Below, one piece after another: positions 29,152-38,756 of a stretch of 64,000 bases of DNA. The notes under the pieces were generated by a model. It was not told the origin of the DNA. It saw only the letters and a program-made list of their open reading frames with translations, and searched no databases. Each line of letters begins with the position of its first letter. Position 1 is the stretch's first letter. Location of the stretch: the sequence record NC_019521.1. The stretch is one strand, 5' to 3'. Both the position numbers and the translations under genes were made by a program.

Positions 29152-29970
29152 ATGACCCAACGATTAGATAAATTTCTCTATAACGGAGAAGTATATGACA
29201 AAAAGAATCATTTCGTATTCACAACGATAGTTGATAGAAATGGATTCGCTTTGACAAAATATCCATTCATTCAAGAATACTTTACAAGAATTCATGACTT
29301 TATCAAAAATGACACTCAAATCATTTGCGATAGATACGCATTCGATGATTCGAAACTTCATGAAATTCTAACATCAAATTTCTTCAGAGTAGTACATTCT
29401 AAGAAAATACTAGAACATTGGAAAGACCCTGAAATGGAACGTGCTAGAGTTCCGAAAACTAATCATATGTTCTTCAAAAGTTTAGCAGGTGCTTTACATT
29501 CGACTGAAGAATATTTCGATGGAATCATTTGGTTCTTTGGTAATTTCAAAATGTTTGAAACTATAGCACCAATGATAAACCGAGTTTTTATCGTAAGACT
29601 TAACTGTGATTTTGGTGAATTATGTCCAGAACTTCTAGACATTGACGGTGTTTATGACGAACATCTTTTCAGTAGTTTCAATCTTACTCATAAGAAAATC
29701 ATGGAATCTGAACAATCCATCGAATGGGTTAAAACTATGAATAAACCTGTCGAAACTCGTGTAGAGGTTGTAAGTGAACATATGAAACTTGTAACTAAAG
29801 CTGCTGATGTTCGTGAAGAACGTAAAGACATTCCAATGTTTCATGATTATCAATTCGAAGAATATGCATTAACTTCTAAATTTAAATTGTCTCGTAAGAG
29901 ACAGAAAGAAGTTGAAGCTCGTAAAGAAGCAAAATTACATGAATCCGAAGAACTTCAAGAAATCGACTAA
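29152..29970 (+). CDS. Degenerate dihydrofolate-reductase-fold protein (tentative)
   Basis: TTIVDRNG, QIICDRYAFD and IIWFFGNFKMFETIAPMINRVFIVRLNCDF..CPE echo DHFR IAAVDENG, PVIMGRKTWE and [29 protein letters not shown]..FPE. Confidence 0.4.
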   Translation: MTQRLDKFLYNGEVYDKKNHFVFTTIVDRNGFALTKYPFIQEYFTRIHDFIKNDTQIICDRYAFDDSKLHEILTSNFFRVVHSKKILEHWKDPEMERARVPKTNHMFFKSLAGALHSTEEYFDGIIWFFGNFKMFETIAPMINRVFIVRLNCDFGELCPELLDIDGVYDEHLFSSFNLTHKKIMESEQSIEWVKTMNKPVETRVEVVSEHMKLVTKAADVREERKDIPMFHDYQFEEYALTSKFKLSRKRQKEVEARKEAKLHESEELQEID

Positions 29971-30024
29971 TAGTAAAGAACTATTAGTCTTCATAAATGG
30001 TAAAATCCAAATAATCAAAAACAA

Positions 30025-30744
30025 ATGAACAAACAAACTAATCTCCTGTTTGACGACAGACAAGACTTAGCTAAATCATTGGAACATAGACTGACCAATG
30101 TGAACAACCAACTTAACCAATTTGTAGCTGAATTCCGTAAACTTGTACAAGACCCGCAAAGTAATGTATTACACATGTTCGATATGATTATCAACAAAAA
30201 TGATAGAATCGATATCGATCATACAATCTATTTATGTGGTATCGGTAAGAACATTCCATCACTTCGTAAAGCTTCAGCAACTTTTAAATCGTTAGGTCTT
30301 AAATGTGAAGTACTTGACGCAGTTGATGCTTTACATGGTGATTTAGGTTGTATCAGGGATTATGATACTGTAATATTCTTTTCGAAATCTGGTAATACTT
30401 CAGAATTGTTAAGAACTATGCAATATTTAGATTCCATAAACACTGTAATTGATGGTGAAAGTTCTGTATCGAATAAATCTATTTGTATAGATATGTTTGC
30501 AGTTTCAATGAATAGCGAATTCGATTCAGGTTTTGAAAACTTCAAAACCATCAATCATGTAGTATTACCGAAAACCGGTGAAGCTGACGAATTCAATAAA
30601 GTCCCAACCACTTCACCGATAGCCTTCCAAATCTTCTTAGACATGTTAGCTTGTGAATATGCTTCTGTTTATGATTTGACTTTAGAAGATTTCGGTGGTA
30701 ATCACCCGGGTGGTGACATTGGAAAATTCATAAACAAAAACTAA
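30025..30744 (+). CDS. KdsD/GutQ-like SIS-domain arabinose-5-phosphate isomerase (no CBS domains)
   Basis: CGIGKN..RKASATFKSLG, ALHGDLG, FSKSGNTSEL, VPTTS, NHPGG at the C-terminus. Confidence 0.8.
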   Translation: MNKQTNLLFDDRQDLAKSLEHRLTNVNNQLNQFVAEFRKLVQDPQSNVLHMFDMIINKNDRIDIDHTIYLCGIGKNIPSLRKASATFKSLGLKCEVLDAVDALHGDLGCIRDYDTVIFFSKSGNTSELLRTMQYLDSINTVIDGESSVSNKSICIDMFAVSMNSEFDSGFENFKTINHVVLPKTGEADEFNKVPTTSPIAFQIFLDMLACEYASVYDLTLEDFGGNHPGGDIGKFINKN

Positions 30745-30749
30745 ATACC

Positions 30750-30947
30750 ATGTCAACATTTTTAGAACGACTGATAACAGAACAAAAGGAATTGTCTGAA
30801 AAGATTTCTAAGCTTCATGATTATATTTCGAATAATTCACATTTCGAAACATTAACTGAAAGAAATCAAGAATTACTTGAAGATCAATACGAAACTATGA
30901 GTAATTACAATTCAATTCTTTTAGAACGAATCAAAATCAATCGTTAA
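30750..30947 (+). CDS. Small coiled-coil protein (crAss001_48-like family, tentative)
   Basis: FLERLITEQKELSEKISKL..LLEDQYETMSNYNSILLERI pattern. Confidence 0.5.
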   Translation: MSTFLERLITEQKELSEKISKLHDYISNNSHFETLTERNQELLEDQYETMSNYNSILLERIKINR

Positions 30948-30950
30948 ATC

Positions 30951-30979
30951 AAAAGTCGTATCGAATAGATACGACTTTT
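30951..30979 (+). terminator. Terminator, 12-bp stem
   Basis: aaaagtcgtatc-gaata-gatacgactttt. Confidence 0.75.
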
Positions 30980-30993
30980 TCATTCTTTCAATT

Positions 30994-31416
30994 ATGAACA
31001 AATACGATTTCAATTGGGTAAGGGATGAATCCTTAGACACTTATGATGGTTATTATCATGCTTATATCGTTACTAGAAAGTTTGGAAACGTTAAAGCTAG
31101 ACTAGGAATAAATCTAGACCCTTACATGAATTGTTATGTTTCTTTAAGTAGTGGTAGGAAACGTAAGCAATTAAGTATTTACGAAGACAAACCTGAAAAG
31201 AATTCATGTGGAATCGAAATATTGATATGGACTAAGGAGGCTATGCTAGATTTCCCTATTTGGTTTAATGACCGTCATATCAATAAACTTAATTCTATGC
31301 TAGTTACAGGTTCTGATACTAGACGTTTCAAAATATACAAGCGTTATTTGATACCTCATGGATTCTATACACAAAAACAGCATGACGGTGGAATCTATCT
31401 GTTCAAGAAACTTTAG
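30994..31416 (+). CDS. Hypothetical protein
   Basis: TTCAATT-ATG start. Confidence 0.65.
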   Translation: MNKYDFNWVRDESLDTYDGYYHAYIVTRKFGNVKARLGINLDPYMNCYVSLSSGRKRKQLSIYEDKPEKNSCGIEILIWTKEAMLDFPIWFNDRHINKLNSMLVTGSDTRRFKIYKRYLIPHGFYTQKQHDGGIYLFKKL

Positions 31417-31434
31417 TCAGTTTCTTAGTAATAT
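31406..31434 (+). promoter_or_regulatory. Phage promoter AGAAAC-N17-TAATAT
   Basis: Consensus-like, upstream of the nucleotidyltransferase-kinase gene. Confidence 0.55.
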
Positions 31435-31466
31435 TCAATTATAAAAACTTAACAAAAACAAATTTA

Positions 31467-33197
31467 ATGGAGCATGTAGTTATATTGGCTGGTGGTCTTG
31501 GTTCTAGACTTCATAAATTTACAGCTAATCTTTATCCTAAGATTTTGATTTCGATGGGTAACGAAACTATGTTAGACAAACTTGTAAATTACTATTCAGT
31601 TTACAAGGATTTGAAATCGTTTAACATTGTCGTTTCGACTGAAGAAAATCAAAGACTTATATCTAATTATCTGAATCGATATCATTCTAACGCTTTCGGA
31701 AAAAATACAAAAATCGATGTATTACTTTACAAAAAGTTAGATGGTTCTTTCAATACGATTTACAACCTATTCAAGGGTCAGGGATTGAAGAATGTAGTAT
31801 TCAATTGGTCTGATATCATTCCAACATCACATCTTCAGGTAACAAAATTATTGACTAACGAATTCAAGATAATTACTGATGTTCAAAAACGTCATAGGAT
31901 GGGTATCGAATTTAGACAAGGTACAAGAACTTATGAAGTTGTCAAATATTCGAAAGATGATATGAAGGGTAACATTCCAGGATATTTCTTTATAGGTGAT
32001 TTCGATAGTATATTCGATCATGTATTCGTTGATAACTTAAGACTATATCATAATCTGTCACCAGAAATAGATTTGATGGATGCTTTAGAAGCACAAATCG
32101 AAAAGAATAGATGTATAGTTTCAACTAATGAAATAGATTTTATCGATATCGGAGATGTTGAAAAATATGAAAAATACATGGAAACGATATCGTTAGAAAC
32201 TAGATATTTCAATAGTTTAGAAATTACTGAAAATACAGTTCGTAAGAAAGCTTTAAACGAAAAAGGTATGTCAGTAATCGATAATGAATTGAATTGGTAT
32301 TCTACAGTTGGTAGATTCTTTCCAGATACTAAAAATCGTCCAGCTATTCCAAGAATTTCTAATATTCAAAAGAATTATGATTATCCTCAAGGTGAACAGA
32401 AATTTCATTCTATTGAATTTTCAATGAATCGTATTGACGGTAAAACTGTTGACGAATATCTTTGGAACGATCCTTTAGAAATGTATAATGTATTACGTTT
32501 ATTTGATACTGAGATTTCTAAGTTTCATAATATCGAACAATCGAATAAACCTGAAAAACGTTGGAATGAACATCATATGCATGAATATTTCAAAGTTACA
32601 TATCAACGTTTAGATGAAATATTCTTCATGTTACAAGCTGATGTACATCATTTCAAAATCGGTGATAAGATTCATAGTTTCAAAGGTGATACTATTCATT
32701 TACTTGAACATACTATGAAATATCTTTATGACGCTTATTCTAAATCTGAAGCTAATGAATGGGGATTGATTCATGGTGACCCAAACACTTCTAACGTAAT
32801 GATTTCTAATGATGGTACCGAAATGTTCTTTATCGACCCAAGAGGATTATTCGGACATTCTTTGATGTTTGGTGATATTTATTACGATTGGGCTAAATTC
32901 ATATATGGACTTCAAGGTTATTCTAGATTCAATTTAGATAAGACTTTCGAATTACATTATGACGAACATAGTAAAACTATGCAAGTAGATTTCTTCAAAT
33001 ATGGAATCTATGATATCGATACAGTGTTACATACTGTAAAACAGATTAGACCTGATTTAGATATCAAGCGTTTACGTGTTATCGTTGGTTTGATTCATGT
33101 TAAATTAGCACAGTACATAAGAAACAATCCATCAAAAATGTACGCAACTTATTATTACGGTAAATACTTATTAGAAACAACCTTATCTGAAAAATAA
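31467..33197 (+). CDS. Sugar-1-phosphate nucleotidyltransferase fused to APH/choline-kinase-like sugar kinase
   Basis: N-terminal VILAGGLGSRL..PKIL, NWSD and DIGD. C-terminal LIHGDPNTSN and FFIDPRG kinase motifs. Confidence 0.8.
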   Translation: MEHVVILAGGLGSRLHKFTANLYPKILISMGNETMLDKLVNYYSVYKDLKSFNIVVSTEENQRLISNYLNRYHSNAFGKNTKIDVLLYKKLDGSFNTIYNLFKGQGLKNVVFNWSDIIPTSHLQVTKLLTNEFKIITDVQKRHRMGIEFRQGTRTYEVVKYSKDDMKGNIPGYFFIGDFDSIFDHVFVDNLRLYHNLSPEIDLMDALEAQIEKNRCIVSTNEIDFIDIGDVEKYEKYMETISLETRYFNSLEITENTVRKKALNEKGMSVIDNELNWYSTVGRFFPDTKNRPAIPRISNIQKNYDYPQGEQKFHSIEFSMNRIDGKTVDEYLWNDPLEMYNVLRLFDTEISKFHNIEQSNKPEKRWNEHHMHEYFKVTYQRLDEIFFMLQADVHHFKIGDKIHSFKGDTIHLLEHTMKYLYDAYSKSEANEWGLIHGDPNTSNVMISNDGTEMFFIDPRGLFGHSLMFGDIYYDWAKFIYGLQGYSRFNLDKTFELHYDEHSKTMQVDFFKYGIYDIDTVLHTVKQIRPDLDIKRLRVIVGLIHVKLAQYIRNNPSKMYATYYYGKYLLETTLSEK

Positions 33198-34186
33198 TGA
33201 AATTTAAAGGAACTGACCAAAAAACTTCAAGACTGATATTCACCGACTTCGATGGTATCTTCAGTCATGATATGCAATACTCATATATTGACAGAACTAG
33301 TAACGGTCCTGAGAAAAATGCAAAAACTGTAGCATTCGGTATTCGTGATGTTGTTAAGATTCTGAATTACGCTGGTTTCGAAATTCATATTGTTTCGGGT
33401 GATTCTACAGAAAAAGGTCAAGCTTTAACTAAGAAGTTTTTACATAACATTCATGTGGAATCTGTAAACTTTGTACCAACCGATCAAAAACTTGATAGAA
33501 TTCTTGAACTAGCTAATGGTAGGGATTTCATCTGGATCGGTGAGGACTTGATTGACTTACAAATCAAGGAATTCGCCATGAATTACATAACTACCGATAA
33601 CGCTCCAAACATGTTGAAGGAATTAGCTGATGCTAACTTTAGACAAGATTATTTTTGGCACGATTTGTTATCATATTTAATGAAAACTAAAATCTTCAAT
33701 GTTGTTGACGAAGATACACATTGTCTGATAAAATACGCTTTACAGAAATACATCAAACCAGATTTCTTCAAGTTAGTAAGTTACGGATTGATTGATAAAA
33801 ACTATCTAATCGAATCCTTAGAAACATATCGAGGTGTTGAAGAACTTAACGAAATCAAAGTTAACGATATTGAAGACTTCATGGATAAGATAAAAACTAC
33901 AGAAGTTCTAAAAACTGTACCAGTCTTTGGTAAACTCGATTTGATTTCATCTATGAAAGTTTTAGTCAATAACATTTGTAAACATGAACTTAAGTTTGTA
34001 TATACTAAGAACGTTCATTTGTTTTCAGACACTGTAAATATCGGTGACATATTCGAAGTTCTTTCATCATTAAGATTTACAGAATCTTCTAACAGTTTCC
34101 ACGATTACTATATCTACGGATTTACAAAAATCGTAGAAGGTAAGATTGAAAACATGTTAAACGAGAAGTTAGGAGCTAAATTCTAG
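33197..34186 (+). CDS. KdsC-like HAD phosphatase with C-terminal extension
   Basis: FTDFDG motif I, IVSGD motif II, WIGEDLIDL motif IV (KdsC YIGDDLIDW). Confidence 0.75.
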   Translation: MKFKGTDQKTSRLIFTDFDGIFSHDMQYSYIDRTSNGPEKNAKTVAFGIRDVVKILNYAGFEIHIVSGDSTEKGQALTKKFLHNIHVESVNFVPTDQKLDRILELANGRDFIWIGEDLIDLQIKEFAMNYITTDNAPNMLKELADANFRQDYFWHDLLSYLMKTKIFNVVDEDTHCLIKYALQKYIKPDFFKLVSYGLIDKNYLIESLETYRGVEELNEIKVNDIEDFMDKIKTTEVLKTVPVFGKLDLISSMKVLVNNICKHELKFVYTKNVHLFSDTVNIGDIFEVLSSLRFTESSNSFHDYYIYGFTKIVEGKIENMLNEKLGAKF

Positions 34187-34219
34187 GAAACTATTATTAC
34201 AGTGTAGGTATTATACATA
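34186..34219 (+). promoter_or_regulatory. Promoter GGAAAC-N17-TATTAT overlapping TATACATA
   Basis: Both motif classes present upstream of the glucosaminidase. Confidence 0.55.
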
Positions 34220-34287
34220 TCTACTAATAATTAATTAGGGAGACATTTGATCTTGTCTCCCTTCATGGTTTCACTAAAATAAAAATA

Positions 34288-34923
34288 ATGTTTAGTTCAA
34301 AAAATGAAAAATCAGATCAGAAACACCCAATCTTAAAATTAATCGAATCTATAAAGAAATTCTTTGATTTCGATACAGTACTGTCAATTATTATAATGGT
34401 ATTCATACTATGGTTACTATTAGCTTCTAAAGGTTCAGCAAAGGCTGAAATGCTGTCAACAGATTCTGATATTGTTGACGTAAATCTCCCAGAAAAATTC
34501 AATGAAAAATCTACTTCAAGTAAAATCAAGAACAAAGAGGATTTGTATGTTTACATGAAGAAAGCTGGAATTAAGTTTCCTGAGCTTGTATGGTCTCAAG
34601 CTATGATGGAATCTGCTTGGATGAATTCAGCAGTTTTTAATCGTTCTAATAATCTTTTTGGAATGAAGAAATCTGGAAAACGTGACCATTTACAAATACA
34701 TAAACGTAACGATTCTTATTCACATTTCGAAACAATCAAGAAGTGTGTATTAGATTACAAGTTACATCAAGAACAAGTTCTTAAAATCGAAAACATTAAA
34801 AACGAATCTCAATATATGAGAAGGTTAATCAAAACTGGTTATTGTCCTGATGAAGGATATGCTAGAAAGATATTAGCTATTCGTAAGAATACAGATTTTA
34901 ACGAATTGAAAAAATCTAGTTAG
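34288..34923 (+). CDS. Glucosaminidase (GH73-like) peptidoglycan hydrolase with N-terminal TM segment
   Basis: SQAMMESAW..NNLFGMK, YSHF and GYCPDEGYARKI. Confidence 0.75.
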   Translation: MFSSKNEKSDQKHPILKLIESIKKFFDFDTVLSIIIMVFILWLLLASKGSAKAEMLSTDSDIVDVNLPEKFNEKSTSSKIKNKEDLYVYMKKAGIKFPELVWSQAMMESAWMNSAVFNRSNNLFGMKKSGKRDHLQIHKRNDSYSHFETIKKCVLDYKLHQEQVLKIENIKNESQYMRRLIKTGYCPDEGYARKILAIRKNTDFNELKKSS

Positions 34924-34954
34924 TAATACATATTCAAATAAAAAATATACTATC

Positions 34955-35284
34955 ATGACCGAACAAGAAATTAATATTCGTATAGCTGAAGATAACAAGG
35001 TTATCAAACTTCAGGAAGAAACTGTAGAAACTCCAATCGTAAAGTATTACGAAGTTGTTAAAACTTCATGTAGTTCTGAGATTCTATTTTATGGTAATAA
35101 TCCAAAACTTAAAGAAGGTGATTTATTCGAATGTTCGAATTCTTTACAATCTAACGTGTTAGGTGTAAGTAAATGGTTACTACCGAATCATCTTGAATTT
35201 TCTGGATTGAATTCTATAGCTTTAGAATGCTGTCAAGAATTGACAGAAATGGAATACAAACAAAAATTAGCAAGACGTGATTAA
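34955..35284 (+). CDS. Hypothetical protein
   Basis: ORF track; AATACATA at 34925. Confidence 0.65.
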   Translation: MTEQEINIRIAEDNKVIKLQEETVETPIVKYYEVVKTSCSSEILFYGNNPKLKEGDLFECSNSLQSNVLGVSKWLLPNHLEFSGLNSIALECCQELTEMEYKQKLARRD

Positions 35285-35561
35285 ATCTTTTGAAGAACGT
35301 AAATCAGAATTTCTTCGAAATTTCAAAGATTTTAGATTACCTAATGAAGCTAATTACGATACTAAGATTCGATATGTTGTAGCTTACGAATTTCTAAACA
35401 ACATTATGATAAACCGTAATGTTAGTTTCGATGGTAATGTATTCAAACTATCTAACGGTATGATAGTAAACAAAATAATAGCATTACGAAGGGCTAAACC
35501 TTACGAACCTAAGAACGCTTTTCATATTACTAACGAAATTCTAAAATCTGGAAAACTATAA
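35277..35561 (+). CDS. Hypothetical protein
   Basis: ORF track. Confidence 0.6.
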   Translation: MIKSFEERKSEFLRNFKDFRLPNEANYDTKIRYVVAYEFLNNIMINRNVSFDGNVFKLSNGMIVNKIIALRRAKPYEPKNAFHITNEILKSGKL

Positions 35562-35938
35562 TGAAAACTTTAACAAAACTTTTTGAAAGTTCTATATATG
35601 TTGTTTCTTCAAAAGAAGCTTCTGAACAATATACCATGATTTCCGGTAACGAGTATGGTACGAAAAAGGGTATTGATATTTACGTAAATGACGTTTTAGT
35701 ATGTAAGACTAGAAAATATAAGATGTACATAGCTAAAGGCTACAGTCAAGTACTTAAAACTGTATCAGATACTGATTATGATCATAATAATTTAGCTAAA
35801 GCTTTGAACTCAGACGTCAATGTTGTACAAAAATACTTCAGGTCTGATTTTCATAATACTAGAGTATGGAATCCTGGTACTTATACAACAGTTAAAAATT
35901 TCAAAGAAAAGCTAGAATTCTTTTTAAAGCATAATTAG
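35561..35938 (+). CDS. Putative internal head protein (capsid-targeting-like N-terminus)
   Basis: MKTLTKLFESS N-terminus. Confidence 0.45.
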   Translation: MKTLTKLFESSIYVVSSKEASEQYTMISGNEYGTKKGIDIYVNDVLVCKTRKYKMYIAKGYSQVLKTVSDTDYDHNNLAKALNSDVNVVQKYFRSDFHNTRVWNPGTYTTVKNFKEKLEFFLKHN

Positions 35939-35943
35939 TAAAA

Positions 35944-35988
35944 CGAAACCCTCGGAAACTGAAACTTTCGAGGGTTTCGTAGTAATAT
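35944..35988 (+). repeat. Hairpin-promoter cassette 4
   Basis: 40 bp identical to cassettes 2 and 7; -10 TAATAT. Confidence 0.85.
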
Positions 35989-36016
35989 ACATTTATAACT
36001 TTATAATTTATCAACT

Positions 36017-36502
36017 ATGGGACTATCTACAAAGGTTATCATTAACCCAAAGACCAAACTATCTGAAATCATTACATTTCTGGAAACTAAATTCAAAACT
36101 AAGGTAGAATTACGTGAAGCTGCTTCAGGTATGTTCAGCTTAATGTTTACTATAAACTTAGACAAATCCGGAACAAAAGAACAAAGAGTTTTATACGTTT
36201 TCATGGATCGGACAACATGTCGATATGATTTCGAAATCGATGGAATTCTTATAAGTTTCAATTGCTGGGGGATGTTTAAATCTATAGCAGATTCACTATG
36301 TAACGAATTTGGTGGAATGGTTGACTATAACGATTGTGACGATGAAGGATTCATAACTATCTGTCCTGAAAAATTCTTTAATTCTGAAGCTCCAGAAAAC
36401 AAAGAACTTGATTCTGTATTACATGAAATCATATTAGCTTTCGGTAATGACAAAGTTAATAAGTTCATAGAATTATCTAACAAATATCAAAACGTAAAGT
36501 AA
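36017..36502 (+). CDS. Hypothetical early protein
   Basis: Directly after cassette. Confidence 0.7.
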   Translation: MGLSTKVIINPKTKLSEIITFLETKFKTKVELREAASGMFSLMFTINLDKSGTKEQRVLYVFMDRTTCRYDFEIDGILISFNCWGMFKSIADSLCNEFGGMVDYNDCDDEGFITICPEKFFNSEAPENKELDSVLHEIILAFGNDKVNKFIELSNKYQNVK

Positions 36503-37023
36503 TGAAATACGAAATGAAAACTTGGAAGTTATCTACAGAAATTGAAACTTCTAATTTATTCAAAGCTATTAGAACATTAGCTGATAGATACATGTCAGCT
36601 TCAAGATTCGACGCTCCAGGAAATTCAATAATCGAAGGTTTGACTGGTACAGAATTAACTGGAAAACAAGCTAAATATATGTTCCTGTTCAAAGAACTTG
36701 AACTATTCGGTAAGAAACAAATGGTGAACTATATGTCTTTATCTTCTCAACCGTTTTCAAGAAATCATTATTGGAAAGAAGAACCTGAAGATAAAATTCC
36801 AGCAATGGATGGAATTCTTAGATGTGAAATAAAGGATTATGGTAACGAATTACCTGACAAATCTTATCCTACTTTAATGTATTTCGAAATTGATGATAAA
36901 TTCAAATGTATCAAAGTCGAAGCTTACAGTAAAGATGGTAAAGTAATTGGTACTATGACGAATCCAACACAGAAACGTTTCGAGAAAACATTCGAACATG
37001 CTTTAGAACATTTTAAATCTTAA
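36502..37023 (+). CDS. Hypothetical protein
   Basis: TAATG coupling. Confidence 0.7.
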   Translation: MKYEMKTWKLSTEIETSNLFKAIRTLADRYMSASRFDAPGNSIIEGLTGTELTGKQAKYMFLFKELELFGKKQMVNYMSLSSQPFSRNHYWKEEPEDKIPAMDGILRCEIKDYGNELPDKSYPTLMYFEIDDKFKCIKVEAYSKDGKVIGTMTNPTQKRFEKTFEHALEHFKS

Positions 37024-37027
37024 CATC

Positions 37028-37639
37028 ATGAATTTCCATAATCCACTATCGTTTACATTCAGATGTAAGAAAACAAACTCTACGTCTGATATAGCTATTC
37101 AAGACATTGATATCGCATACAGTTTTCTAAAGATGTTAGATAACATCGAAATGACACCTGATGATATTTACAAAGTCTATAAATATCTTGAGAAGGCGTT
37201 TCCAGATCATTCATTAAAGGATAAGATATTCTGGGAGGATTTCGATATGTTAGTTTCTGTTACTAGAATGTATGATGTATCGATTTTACAAATAGAACCT
37301 ATTCAGTTATCGAGATTCAATAGTTCATTTAACGTACAGAACTTTAGACATGAAATATGTGTCAGAACATTAGCGATATTAACAGATTCTTATGACTGTG
37401 AGAAAATAGTCAACATTCTTAATGATAGTATCTTTTCATTCTTTACAAAATATTTAGATGTTTCGATCGAAACTGAAAGAAGTATTTCGTATCTAGTGAG
37501 CAATGTTGAGAATAACGAAACTATAGTTCTAAAGAATCTTGACGAAACAGATGAAATCCATTTCAAGTATTCGACTATCGAAGAAGTAAAAACAATCAAA
37601 CGTAAACTATACATCTATAAAAATGACAGTAATTCCTAA
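37028..37639 (+). CDS. Hypothetical protein
   Basis: ORF track. Confidence 0.65.
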   Translation: MNFHNPLSFTFRCKKTNSTSDIAIQDIDIAYSFLKMLDNIEMTPDDIYKVYKYLEKAFPDHSLKDKIFWEDFDMLVSVTRMYDVSILQIEPIQLSRFNSSFNVQNFRHEICVRTLAILTDSYDCEKIVNILNDSIFSFFTKYLDVSIETERSISYLVSNVENNETIVLKNLDETDEIHFKYSTIEEVKTIKRKLYIYKNDSNS

Positions 37640-38030
37640 TCAATCGAATTTAGTAGATTCTAATATCCAATCCGAACTTCAAGTTAAACAAGAAAAACCT
37701 TCGAAGTTATTGTTAGTAGATTGTATCAAACCTCATAACAATCATTCAGTATTCGAAATTAACTTGTCTGAACAAACTATTCAAGTAGCTTCATTCGTTT
37801 CTAAAGATACTATCACTTGGTGGGAAGCTTTAGATGGTTCTTACAAGAATCTTGAGATTATCCGTAAACCTAATTGCGTTTATCATACAGCTTTGAATGT
37901 TGAAAATTTGGCAAAAAGAGTCAAAAGGGATTACGACTACGATTTATCAGGATTCGAATACATTGCTGACAATTCAAATGGTGGTAGTAACCTGAAAGTT
38001 AATGTTAATGATTTAGTAAGTTCAGTTTAA
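37623..38030 (+). CDS. Hypothetical protein
   Basis: ORF track. Confidence 0.65.
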   Translation: MTVIPNQSNLVDSNIQSELQVKQEKPSKLLLVDCIKPHNNHSVFEINLSEQTIQVASFVSKDTITWWEALDGSYKNLEIIRKPNCVYHTALNVENLAKRVKRDYDYDLSGFEYIADNSNGGSNLKVNVNDLVSSV

Positions 38031-38042
38031 AGCATTATATCA

Positions 38043-38429
38043 ATGTCATACGAAAGATTGAACAAAATTATAGAACTTGAATCTGATGGATTCAGATATA
38101 AGTTAATGCAATTACGTTGGAATACTTTCATGAGTTCGAATCCACCTGAAAAGTTTCATCCAGAAAACGTATTACTGGATGACAATGAAACGATAATGAT
38201 TCTATCTGTTTATAGCTTACCATTCACTTTAGAAATCTCTAATGTTGATTTACATGCTAACAGATTAGTTTTCGAAAATTCTGGAAACAATAAAAGTAAA
38301 ATGGCTAAACGTAACAGTATTTACGAGCAAGATTATCGAATCTTTGGTTGTGAACCTGAAATGAAAAAGATTTCATATCATCCTAGCATCTGTTATAAGA
38401 TTTTAGAAAAAGTTCAAATTAATACATAA
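38043..38429 (+). CDS. Hypothetical protein
   Basis: ORF track. Confidence 0.65.
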   Translation: MSYERLNKIIELESDGFRYKLMQLRWNTFMSSNPPEKFHPENVLLDDNETIMILSVYSLPFTLEISNVDLHANRLVFENSGNNKSKMAKRNSIYEQDYRIFGCEPEMKKISYHPSICYKILEKVQINT

Positions 38430-38505
38430 TTCATGGTACCATATATCTTCACTTTCATGTGTCAAGAACAGTAATAGTTCAATTGCTGTTCTATGACTTA
38501 TTATC

Positions 38506-38754
38506 ATGAAAGAAAATAGAACAATCGCTTATCGTAGACATAAAGCTTCTACGAAACTAAACAGAAAAATCAAACTAACTTATGACATAGATTTAATACA
38601 TGAAGAAATGTCATATTCTGATTACAGTAAATCAGTATTATCAGGTAAGTTACATACTTGGATGCGTTCAATGAACACTGCATGCTCCTGTTACATGTGT
38701 TCAGGATATTACAAGTATAAACGTATCAAGTTTGATTTCGATTCAGAAATGTAA
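38506..38754 (+). CDS. Small basic protein with CSCxMC motif
   Basis: TACSCYMCSG; possibly metal binding. Confidence 0.65.
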   Translation: MKENRTIAYRRHKASTKLNRKIKLTYDIDLIHEEMSYSDYSKSVLSGKLHTWMRSMNTACSCYMCSGYYKYKRIKFDFDSEM

Positions 38755-38756
38755 AA

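Noticed and set aside
30025-34186. Kdo/LPS biosynthesis operon
   Set aside because: No KdsA or KdsB; the nucleotidyltransferase-kinase fusion and phage DNA-modification context fit an arabinose donor route better.
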